From Nemertoderma westbladi (taxonomy: Eukaryota; Animalia; Xenacoelomorpha), in NCBI GenBank assembly GCA_032718475.1, contig JAUCBJ010006728.1:1-56640 (forward strand): a stretch of DNA of 56,640 nt, given 5' to 3'. The first letter of the stretch is position 1. Each line of letters starts with the position of its first letter. The position numbers were made by a program, and so were the translations under genes. The notes beneath the pieces are model-generated. The model had not been told where the DNA came from. It did no database searches and saw only the letters and a program-made list of their open reading frames with translations. This document shows, one piece after another, positions 36,927-53,030 of this stretch.

Positions 36927-39527
36927 ATGGACCCAAATCGCCAAATTATCGGCGAATTACGTAACACGATAGATCTACTGGAATATTCGCAACCCGGATC
37001 CCCTGACTTTGATACAAATTGGAGCACCCTGCTAAATGAGAACGTGCGAGTCATTAAATTCACCGGGCGAGAGGGACCGGATTCTAAGAATCTACGAGCC
37101 CTCCGGTTAGCCGATGCTAGTACGAGACTGAAAAGAACTCGGAACGCAAAGGCAACCGGAGGGGACAATTCGTCGTTTTGGGAAACGTTCCGACAGAGCG
37201 TCTACAGATCCCGATGTTTGATCTACGACAACGAGGGAAACGCGACGCCCACCTCGAAAGCGATTACGTTGGCGAGATGTCAAAGTTTCCTCGACGACAA
37301 GAGTACGTACCTCGCCCACTGGGGAAACCTGTCGGAGTGTACGGCGACGCTTCGAGAGGAACGCATATCGATTATCCAAAACCAAGACGACTACCAGGAA
37401 AAGTACGGGGCGAAAGAATACGGTCGATCCTTAGTCGTCGTCCTCGGAACCCTGGACGGTTTGGTATTGGTGTGTCGAAAATTTCCGACACCCAGACAGG
37501 AAGTGCAGGCAGCCGGAGCGATCTGGTTGCTGCCTCCGGAAATCCAAAAGATCCTCTTCGACTTCGACGTCATTAAAATCGGGTCGGATATCAAAGCGGA
37601 CGTCCGGAACGACTACGCGAACGCTCCTGCAGGAAGAAACCGACGAGACGACCTCAACGCCCTTAGCCATTGCATCGACACTCAAACGCTACTAGCCTGG
37701 TTACGATTCGCCGAGTTCATGCGAGGATTCCAAGAGGTGAGACCGACGAAATCAGGGATCGGCTACCTCGCTGTGCTCAACGGCGGTATCGACTTCAAAC
37801 CCCAGAAATTCCGGGACTATAATAAAATATACGGTGGATACCCGGGATTATAAATAAAGAGCGAGCGAGAGGGTCGATGGAAGGACGTTGATCGGAAGTG
37901 GACGATACACCAAAGGTGGGAGAATCCCGATCGATGGAACTACGTTTACGTCGTTATGGAGTGCTACACCGTCGCTAAGTTTATCTGTAAAACTCTCGAT
38001 AACCTTATTACGGCGGTCCCCCTTTCCTTCGTCGACTACGACTGGAACGAGGTCATACACCACGCGTTCAAAGCGGTCGAGAACATCGCACCGGGAGAGA
38101 CTAAAACGCTCGCTGTTATTGATTCCTGGGACGAGAGCGGACCTTCCGACATCCCTATGATTACCGACCTTCTCGGTGCGGAGGAGCCTCTGATCTCTTC
38201 GGAAGGGGAAGAGATATGGCTAAACGAGGGTGTTCTACTCTCCACCCCGAAGCGACAACTCGAGCCGGAGGCCGCGTATGGACCGGCCGCCAAACGGGTT
38301 GCCTCGGCCGAACCGATGAAGAGAGCAGGCGTTTACACCCCACGCGGCTCCGGTAGCCCCGCGAGGGAGGTAGCCACTACAGCTGCATTGAGCGACTTCG
38401 GCGAAATATGCCAACGGTTATCCCCGTATCCTTTCCCGGGCGGCGAAGATTGGTCGTCGGAGATTCCGAGTACCAGCCACCAACGGACCCGCTCAGCGAT
38501 ACTGGTCGAGGAGGGCCCCAGCGATGCGCCGACCCCCGACGATCTCCTCGGTATCCCTCCGTCTAAAACCCCGGCACCTCTTCGCCGACCAGCGGTGGCT
38601 ACTACACCCGCCGTTCCTCAGGACCCTATGCGACTTACCCGCTGGTACGCCGAGCAAACTGAATGGATCCACCGCCAGAAATGGTCATCCGAGTTGAGAC
38701 CAGCGGGACACAAAGAAGGTTATCGGAGCGAGAACCTACTACGCAACAGCCTAGCATTCCGCGGGCTACCGACCACCGCGAATATTCCGAAGAGCGACCG
38801 ACGACTCGAATACTACGTCGGCTGCCCGATTCCGATATTCCCCGGTCGAGAGATGCAATTGGAGGTTTGCGGCAACTGCGGCTCGGAGCAGTGCCCACGC
38901 GGCAGAAGGAATCGGGTTACCGATTCGTGCCTTCAGCTCATCGGGATACTCTATTGCCCATACTGCGCGACTTCGGGCCACGACGTTTCTGTCTGTCCGA
39001 TCCTATATAACCTCTGCACCACGTGCGGTTTCCGTGGACATTCCTCTAGCCCCCGCTGCTATATCAAATGTCCAACCAAAGACGTTACCGCTATGGGAAA
39101 TATGGTCATGTTTGAAACATACGCAAACAGCCACTTAAAGACCAAGGTTCGGAGAAACGCTCGGAATATTGCGCAGGAGATGGCGTGCGGGTATTTCCCC
39201 TTCCCGGAACGCCTCCACACGTCGGCCACGCTACCTTTCCATTACGTGGATCTGCTACTGAACGCCGGATTATTCGGTCCATTTGAAGTCATTAGACGAT
39301 TATACTCGTATAAAGAGGAGTTCGGTGATGGAGAATGGTTCCTAGAGGCACGCAAATCTGAGTTGGAAAGACGAACCGACATGATCCCTATGCCTTCGAA
39401 AGGAAGAGCCACCAGGAGACAAGCCGAAGCGTTACTCACAATGGATGTTGACGCTCCTCTACCAGCCATAGCGATCGATGAGAGTCGACGGGCGAAGAGA
39501 CGAAAGGCGTATCAGAGAAAGAAATAG
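36927..39527 (+). CDS. DEDDy (RNase D/WRN-exo-like) 3'-5' exonuclease plus CCHC zinc-knuckle protein, ~866 codons with one in-frame TAA at 37851-37853
   Basis: ExoI-like LIYDNEG, then LPPEIQKILFDFDVIKIGSDIKADV (ExoII), CIDTQ and SGIGYLA. After the stop, same frame, comes RWENPDRWNYVYVVMECY (ExoIII-like, D->E). The C-terminal part has CGNC, CPYCATSGHDVSVC (CX2CX4HX4C) and CTTCGFRGH. Confidence 0.72.
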
Positions 39528-39683
39528 TGGATCGGGATATTCCAGGAACATTTATCGAACATTTATTTTTATACAAACTCTAGGCCAAATTAATTAAAAA
39601 CTATGCAATATTAAATTTGGGTTTTTTATATTGGGAATGACCTACGCAAACTCAATCGACAGACAGACTTCACGAAGGTCATT

Positions 39684-39692
39684 GGGGGGGAC
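39684..39692 (+). promoter_or_regulatory. Polypurine tract
   Basis: GGGGGGGAC immediately before TGTTCGCG. Confidence 0.75.
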
Positions 39693-40975
39693 TGTTCGCG
39701 GTATTTCAACTTTCCATAATGGGAGTTGAATATTTTTGTATTTATTTAAAATTGATTATTCCGATATTACTACTGGGCGCGGGACCATGGGTTTTGGGCA
39801 CATTCAATAAACTGGGGGCGATTTATGGGCGAACTTTGGGGCAACTTACAGGGTACGGGAATAATTTCATAGTTATAAGGGCCAGGGGGGGATGGAAAAT
39901 GCAAGCAGTATTCAGGTTAGCCTGAGTACTATTAGGCCCTGGCCAACTTCCTGCTGCCTGTAGGGGTGGATTTGGTAATGCGCCAGGCCTAAAGGACAAG
40001 GACTGCCCTTAGCGGTCCCTGGCCAACAGCAGCCATTACGAGACTGAAAAGAACTCGGACCACTGACTGCTTGTGTCAGGGATTTGCGACGGGAAACGAC
40101 GGCCCCTTAGTAGCCAAGCCGTTCTGGTTCTCGATGATCGAACCCTTCGGGGTTCGTGAGGGGTGGAGCGGACACGCGAACGGGTGGCCAACTAACGACT
40201 GCCCCCTGAGCTAAGCCGTACTGGTTCTTGATGACCGATCCCTTCGGGGTTCGCGAGGGGTAGGACGGACATGCGAAAGGGCTGGCCACAGGACGGGTTC
40301 GACGAAGACTGCCCTTAGCGGTCTCTGGTCAACGGCAGCTATTACGAGACTGAAAAGAACTCGGAACGCTGACTGCTTGTACCGGGATCTGCGACGGGAA
40401 CCGACAACAGACCCCTTAGCCAAGCCGTACTGGTTCTCGATGATCGTTCCCTTCGGGGTTCGTGAGGGGTGGAACGGACACGCGACGGGGTCGAAAGACA
40501 AAGGACTAGACTCTACTGGCCTACCGACTGTTCGGAACAGTTTCTCGGCTGCCGAAGCGACTACGAGCCTGAAAGGGACTCGGAAAGCCTAGGTGGTTGG
40601 GTTTCTGCGATGAACCGACGGACCCCTAGCCAAGCCGTTCTGGTTCTCAATGATCGAACCCTTCAAGGTTCGTGAGGGGTGGAACGGACACGCGAACGGG
40701 TCCACCGACACGACAGACTCCTAGCCAAGCCGTACTGGTTCTCGATGACCGATCCCTTCGGGGTTCGAGAGGGGTGGTACGGATACGCGACAGAGTCCAG
40801 CGACTGGACCGACCCTTAGCCAAGCCGTGCTGGTTCTCGATGATCGTTCCCTTCGGGGTTCGTGAGGGGTGGAACGGACACGCGACAGGGTCGACCGACA
40901 CCGACACTACGGCACTAAGACTAGGACCGAGGGAAAATCTGGGGAACATTAGGTAGGCTAAAATCTGAGCGAACA
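39693..40975 (+). mobile_element. 3' LTR (1283 bp) of a second, BEL-like element carrying the exonuclease ORF
   Basis: TGTTCGC...GCGAACA terminal inverted repeat preceded by a PPT. The partner 5' LTR is not in the window. Confidence 0.75.
40001..40900 (+). ncRNA. Array of ~9 structured RNA hairpin modules of two types (order B A A B A B A A A)
   Basis: Type A (x6): CCGTTCT..CTC-GAT-GA-T-CGAACCC-TTCG-GGGTTCG-T-GA-GGGG..GGAACGG. Type B (x3): A(T/C)TA-CGAG-nCTGAAAnGnA-CTCG-GA. Most modules close with CCC.TAGC/GCGA.GGG. Paired substitutions occur between copies. Confidence 0.6.
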
Positions 40976-41219
40976 GTGGGTAATTAAATAATATACTGTA
41001 GGGATTTATATTGTCGTGTATAATTATTGTGAATATTTGGTGTATATTGATTTGGGGAAGCCCAAAATTATTCTCAATCAGGTTTCAACTGTAGGAAGTT
41101 ACATTAAAGAGTATATCCAACTAATGCAGCTTTTTATCAACCGCAAACTTGCATCTCAGAAAACATTCCTTCCCACAATCAATATCCGGTGACTGGCCGG
41201 GGCTCGGTGGTCTGTAAAG

Positions 41220-44200
41220 TCACGTCTCCAGCATCGGCGTTTTTCCCCCCTGGTGTAGGGATAACGGCAACACTTGAGGTTGTTGTTCTTCCTCACTAGT
41301 TACTGTCTCATCCTCCTGTTCACTTACGTCAGCGTCACTCGCTGCGTCGTCATAGTCGGCATTGTCGTCAACAGTAATATTAACGCTATCGTCAGTCGGC
41401 GGTCCAGCTGCCGTCTCATAGCTGTCCTCTAGTGCCTCCTTCTCTGAGACACTCATAGTCTAAATAATATTTGCCTTCCGGCAAAAATCTCGCAAAAATT
41501 CGAGATATATATAATTTAATCGAAAATACGATTAAATTATTTGTCAAATATCTAGTTGTCCAAAATGTCAAAATAAATTCGCAATGCAATATTGTGAATT
41601 TAATAAGATACAGTTATAGCAAATACCAATACAATATTTAAATAAAAATATTATTCTATAGCTATTATATAGCATTTAAATACCGGTATGACACAAAATA
41701 ATTTTGAATCTAATACAAAATATTCAAAATAACCTGCCACCCAAATATTTCTAATTTTACATATATAGCTCTATTCAACGCAATTTTAATTTCAAATATT
41801 ATATGTATCCACTAGCGCGTGGCTACATCTTCGGGCTGCGACTCTCTCTCTCTCTCTCTCTAACTGGAGCGATTCAAAAAACCATGGCCGGCTAAACCAT
41901 AAACCTAACTAACCTAACTAATAAATTGAGTTCAGCTTTGCAGTTAAACAACCGATAATTTTTTACTGCTTCCACAAGTACAATGGTGCCAACAGAACAA
42001 CTAACCTTGTTTGCTGTGAGATTCCACGTCCGCGTCCAAAGTTTCAGGCTCTTCGCTGATTGCAAACCGAACCCGCAGACCCACACGAACCCCAAACTCA
42101 GAAGCTCCGTCTTGCCATGTATCTCCAGATGGTATAAAACAACTAAGCGGTTAACCAACATACCAGTACAAAACTCTAGATTTTATAACAAAATTAATTT
42201 TGACCGAAACTGAATTCTCACAAACCTAGCTAAAATTTTCAAAAAACTTACTACTTACAGCTTGCCCTAACGCCTAATGAACTGTTGTATTTGCGATTAG
42301 TAAACGCGCTACTGTACATCCACTGTACGCGGTACAGTAAGTAAAATAGTACACCAACCTAACAGCCTAAAGAATACTGTACGCAGTACAGCAAAACAAA
42401 TGTCTTTTCTACTGTACGCAGTAACAGCAATCAGCCTAATGCACTACTGTACTACTGCATGCGACTAATGAATACAGTAATCTAAACTAACAGCCTAATG
42501 AATACACTCTCTGTCTTACTGTACGCAGTACAGCAAAACAAAACGTACCTTACTGTTTCGAACAAACTACCCGGCCTAACCAATAAAGACACAAAACTGC
42601 TCTATTTATTAAACAGGGCAATCAGGAGCGTATATTGCTAATGTAGGGCTGCGGAGTACAAAACCACTACTTACCGTTGGATGGCGCTAATCTGCCGTCC
42701 GCTAATATATTTCCTAATTTTCTATGGCTCCTGCTAAATTCTCGTTCCTTTCTCTATCGATTACTCAATAGAGAGCTAACTGTTCGAATAAATGAGCCAA
42801 GCGTTAATAACCAAAACAACAAACCCGAATCGGCTCCCTAAGCTGACTTAAAACGAGTGTGAGAGGCTCTACACTCAGAGTATATTCTTATGGCCTAATC
42901 TTACTGTTAAAACGCGCTAATAATTACGTCTTTTCTAATCTAATCTAATCGCGTCTAATCGCGTCTAATCGCAAAGACTGGGGTTCCCTAACGGGATGTG
43001 TGAATGTGAGAATATTTTAATAATCAAAACTTCTAGTACAGTATCTTTTAGGGCTAATACCTGTTGTGGGACTAAACTTGCCTACGGCTGGCTTTAGGCC
43101 AGCAAAATTACTAATGTGTGTTGCGTACTGTATACTGCGATCTAACTTATTGTCCGCTAATTAAATAACCGCCCAGCGTGAATAGTGTACGGTACTCCAA
43201 ATTACTACTTTAACTACTCTCTGCTATGCTGCGTACAAATTCTTAATTTTACTAATTAATTAGTCACAAGTATGTTACAGCGCACTAATTACTAAGTATT
43301 TCAGAATGCGCAATTCTAATTTATTACGTAACTGGTTGTACTAGTAACAGTCTAATACCGTATTATTTTCGACCTAATCAGTAATTATTTACAGTAAACT
43401 AAGAAATAGAAATCAATCAAAGGGGAAAAGAGCACCTATCCAAGCATTCGTGATTTATTAGGCATACTTTAGTAACACGCCAATCAGCGTAACAATCAAT
43501 ATTTTATACTTACCAACTTAATTCCTAACTCACAATTCACAATTAGCAATCAACAGTTCACAACTCGCAGTCTACTACTCAATTTGCGATGCACAATCCG
43601 CAATTCGCAATTCGCAATGTAAGGCACGTAGGCCTCTCCCGAGTACATCTAGGCTTCCTAACTAACCCAATTCCTGCCCCCCTAATACTACAAAATAGAG
43701 ACAAAATCTGGATCATCAGCCCCTAATTACTGTATCGGCGAGTGGTCTCCTCTCTACACTGCCAACTGCCCGACCGCAACAGTGGCCTTCCCGCCAGCGC
43801 TGCCTGCCTTTGAATCCTCCGCACTCCCTTCGTCGCCAACCCCCCGATGCGCCCACCGCGCATGAATAGCTACCGTAACGGCACATGCAAATCACAAAGT
43901 CTGACAGTCTAAGAAATCCCGTGGGATTATTGCGTCGAAAGGAATCACATAGAACCATTAACTAAAGGGTAGAAATCATAGTTCCAATTGTAATTAACAG
44001 TAATCATCGGGATTGATTGAGAAACACAAGCAAGAATTACAACAGAAATTACAAATTAGCGAATCATTGCAAGAAATAATCAAAAGATTCGAACTCCACA
44101 GCATTAATTATTACACTCTAAAAGTACGCTGCTGAAGGTGACTGAAGGGTAACTGAAGTAAGGTACAGACACACCGGCAAAACGCCAATTTATAGGTGAT

Positions 44201-44300
44201 TCATGGAGGATGATGCAATCGCTCTCTCATTGGCTCCCCAATCCGCGCTATCATTAGACCAACCTGGAAGCAGTTAGGCCAATAAGGAAGCCGGATTGTG
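41220..44300 (-). mobile_element. Possible 5' remnant of another retroelement (promoter, long leader, acidic ORF start)
   Basis: Minus-strand CCAAT (~44230) and TATAAA (~44190). The leader resembles the BEL leader in composition. Acidic N-terminal ORF at 41456-41220. Boundaries not established. Confidence 0.3.
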
Positions 44301-44758
44301 AACCTCTCGCTCCTTGAAATCACAAATCGTTACCATATATGGTAATTTTGCCGATACTTAATTTAGCGGTACTAATAACATGATGCACAAAGGTTAATTT
44401 AGCGCAATTATAAAGAAAATTATGACCAATGTAAGCTAGCCCTGTTGAGGCTAATAACAGCAAGCTTAAATCCAGGGTCCAACAAACTTGCTACCCTGGC
44501 ACTATCTACTTATATCCTATTACAAAATTACATAGGTAGGGCTACATACTATACAAAATGGGTAACGTCAAATATATGGGCGTTTTATTTTCCTTATATA
44601 AAATGTCATTGCGCGTTATCATGTCTTATCTAAATAATTATAATGCATAACGGACTAATATATTATACTATATAATGGACTAATATATTATACTGTATAA
44701 CTGCTAATATATGTACAGTATAACGGACTAATATATGTACAGCACCATATACCGTAAC

Positions 44759-46690
44759 ACCTATGCCTATGCCTATGCCTATGCATATGCCTATGCCTAT
44801 GCCTATGCCTATGCCTATGCCTATGCCTATGCCTATGCCTATGCCTATGCCTATGCCTATGCCTATGCCTATGCCTATGCCTATGCCTATGCATATGCCT
44901 ATGCCTATGCCTATGCCTATGCCTATGCCTATGCCTATGCCTATGCCTATGCCTATGCCTATGCCTATGCCTATGCCTATGCCTATGCCTATGCCTATGC
45001 CTATGCCTATGCCTATGCCTATGCCTATGCCTATGCCTATGCCTATGCCTATGCCTATGCCTATGCCTATGCCTATGCCTATGCCTATGCCTATGCCTAT
45101 GCCTATGCCTATGCCTATGCCTATGCCTATGCCTATGCCTATGCCTATGCATATGCCTATGCCTATGCCTATGCCTATGCCTATGCCTATGCCTATGCCT
45201 ATGCCTATGCCTATGCCTATGCCTATGCCTATGCCTATGCATATGCATATGCCTATGCCTATGCCTATGCCTATGCATATGCCTATGCATATGCCTATGC
45301 CTATGCCTATGCCTATGCCTATGCCTATGCCTATGCCTATGCATATGCCTATGCCTATGCCTATGCCTATGCCTATGCATATGCCTATGCCTATGCCTAT
45401 GCCTATGCCTATGCCTATGCCTATGCCTATGCCTATGCCTATGCCTATGCCTATGCCTATGCCTATGCCTATGCCTATGCCTATGCCTATGCCTATGCCT
45501 ATGCCTATGCATATGCCTATGCCTATGCCTATGCCTATGCCTATGCCTATGCCTATGCCTATGCCTATGCCTATGCCTATGCATATGCCTATGCATATGC
45601 CTATGCCTATGCCTATGCCCATGCCTATGCCTATGCCTATGCCTATGCCTATGCCTATGCCTATGCCTATGCCTATGCCTATGCCTATGCCTATGCCTAT
45701 GCCTATGCCTATGCCTATGCCTATGCCTATGCCTATGCCTATGCCTGTGCCTATGCCTATGCATATGCCTATGCCTATGCATATGCATATGCCTATGCCT
45801 ATGCCTATGCCTATGCCTATGCCTATGCCTATGCCTATGCCTATGCCTATGCCTATGCCTATGCCTATGCCTATGCCTATGCCTATGCCTATGCCTATGC
45901 CTATGCATATGCCTATGCCTATGCCTATGCCTATGCCTATGCCTATGCCTATGCCTATGCCTATGCCTATGCATATGCCTATGCCAAATGCCTATGCCTA
46001 TGCCTATGCCTATGCCTATGCCTATGCCTATGCCTATGCCTATGCCTATGCCTATGCCTATGCCTATGCCTATGCCTATGTCTATGTCTATGCCTATGCC
46101 TATGCCTATGCCTATGCCTATGCCTATGCCTATGCCTGTGCCTATGCCTATGCCTATGCCTATGCCTATGCCTATGCATATGCCTATGCCTATGCCTATG
46201 CCTATGCCTATGCCTATGCCTATGCCTATGCCTATGCCTATGCCTATGCCTATGCCTATGCCTATGCCTATGCCTATGCCTATGCATATGCCTATGCCTA
46301 TGCCTATGCCTATGCCTATGCCTATGCCTATGCCTATGCCTATGCCTATGCATATGCCTATGCCTATGCCTATGCCTATGCCTATACCTATGCCTATGCC
46401 TATGCCTATGCATATGCCTATGCCTTTGCCTATGCCTATGCCTATGCCTATGCCTATGCCTATGCCTATGCCTATGCCTATGCCTATGCCTATGCCTATG
46501 CCTATGCCTATGCCTATGCCTATGCCTATGCCTATGCCTATGCCTATGCCTATGCCTATGCCTATGCCTATGCCTATGCCTATGCCTATGCCTATGCCTA
46601 TGCCTATGCCTATGCCTATGCATATGCCTACACCTACGCCTACGCCTATGCCTACACCTACGCCTACACCTACGGCTATACGTACACTTA
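44759..46690. repeat. (CCTATG)n hexamer array
   Basis: ~1.9 kb of CCTATG with CATATG variants, grading into CCTACG/CCTACA at the right end. Confidence 0.98.
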
Positions 46691-47899
46691 CGAGCCACTC
46701 TGACCTCACCAGCTTATATAAGGGCAAGAATAGGGATCCGAGTAAATCATCATCATAACGGCCAATCGCATCAATTAGTATCTTTGCGAAAATTCTGGAG
46801 TATATTATTCGCAGCAACTACCTGGAGAGCTAATCAAATCATCATAACCACTAACCAGTTAGCGTACAAAAGAAACATGGGACAGATACAGTAATAGCAA
46901 CCTTGGTAAAAATAAACATGGGACAGACAGACACAGTAATAGCAACCTTGCAGGAACTCATTGAGTATTATCACTCCAGAGGGTCTCCTGTGATGTTTTT
47001 ATGGCTCACTAAAATTGATTTATTTGCGGTATAAATCGGTTTTTGGATGCTGATCATAATTATAAAACTCATATATAACATTCGATAACATTTTTGGTAA
47101 TTTTGAATGTGTCCTCTTGATAATCAAAAATCATTGCCAATTCAACCTGATTTCATTACATTAGGGTTTATAAAGGATGCTGATCACGAATACTACATCA
47201 AAAAAGTATCGTATTAGTTAACCAAATTCAATTTTTGGCGTATAAAATTTTATGCTACTTGTATTTTTCGTCATGTGGCTCCAGAATGGCACCAAAAATT
47301 ATGTTTGCAATACCAGAAATAGGTTTAACTAGTTTCATCGTCATTAGCGACCCCAAGAACCCTTAAAAATTGTAATTATTCAACCAAGATATAAAAATTT
47401 CTATACTGAAAGTTAAGTAAATAATAAAGACATTTCGTATATTCTTGTTAGATAAATCATAATTGATAAATAACATAGTTAACCTTACGTGCTACCCGAA
47501 GGCCTCACTTCTTGCTTTTTATATTAAACTAAATGTGAACATTATGTACAATGTAAGTAAATGAATCCACTCCCCATAATAGAGACAGTCTTAAATGGGC
47601 AACTGAGAAACGGCATGGAGGTAAATTTTAATATATGTATCGCCGAAGCGGATACAAGGAGGTAAATTTAAAATAGATAAAAATTATAAAATTCCAACAG
47701 GGCAGTCCACTCCCCCGAACAGAATAGTTTACATATGCATAAAAGATAGTTAAAGTGACAATGTTACAATGTAACTATGTTACAGCGGTGCTCTCATTCA
47801 GTAAACATGTTGAAAAAAAAGGAAGAAGAAAAAGTGTTGCACAATAATTGGTTCGTGGAGCAAACTCAATCTCGTTTCTGTTGAAACTGAGCTGCGAAT

Positions 47900-48330
47900 T
47901 TTCAGGATAAAGATTTACCCCGTGGTAACATAAGCAATGACCGCAATATGACCATTTCTCACTCTGAAAAAACTGAAGGAGATAAAGTAAAGGCGACTTT
48001 TATTAAAATAATGCTGGGATTACAATTTTGATCATCCTAAGTCACCAGGTATTTTTACACCGGAGGTCATCGAAGATTATAGCACGTTCCGTACTGAGGG
48101 GCAGGAAAACTTTATCGAGGAGGGATTCCCAGAAGGACCGCCATTCCACTCGAGTAATTGGAGAAAAGCGGGACAGAGAAATCGTAACGAGATTGACTTC
48201 CCACCGTTTCCATCATAAAATGTGCAGCAGCACAACACCGTTCCACACTCTTTCAGATAGTTGTTTGTGCAAATACTGTGGCGCCAGTTGCCAGCATTGC
48301 ACCGCTATCATGTACAATGTGTCCTGCTTT
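47900..48330 (+). pseudogene. Degraded coding fragment with a Cys/His-rich C-terminus, possibly a DNA-transposon protein
   Basis: RFHHKMC..FH..SCLCKYCGASC in a higher-GC patch. Family not identified. Confidence 0.25.
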
Positions 48331-48609
48331 TTAATAATGCTTTTTAAAATTATTATTTACATTGAATACCTTCACTATGTTTTTAAAATTAGTCCTACCA
48401 GTTTTACATATTACATATATTTTAATATTCCAGATGGTATTAACGAGTATAGGTCATTGTATTAATTAATGTGTTATAATGAACTTAAATAGTATCAATT
48501 GTAATTTACCCCGATTGGGGGTGTATCTATAAAAAAAAATAATAATACAGACAGTATCATGTAATACTATAGTGTAGTAATGTTGATGGATCAATAATTG
48601 TTTAAACGT

Positions 48610-53030
<4,421 letters not shown>

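Noticed and set aside
40001-40900. Hammerhead ribozymes (retrozyme) or SECIS elements
   Set aside because: There is no CUGANGA...GAAA-NUH three-way junction. The AUGA/GA core has only a 7-bp helix and a UUCG loop, not the longer helix and apical AA of SECIS.
23923-40975. One giant element bounded by TGTTCGC...GCGAACA
   Set aside because: The flanks GATGG and GTGGG are not a convincing TSD, the interrupted RTE does not resume after 40975, and internal PPTs indicate two oppositely oriented elements.
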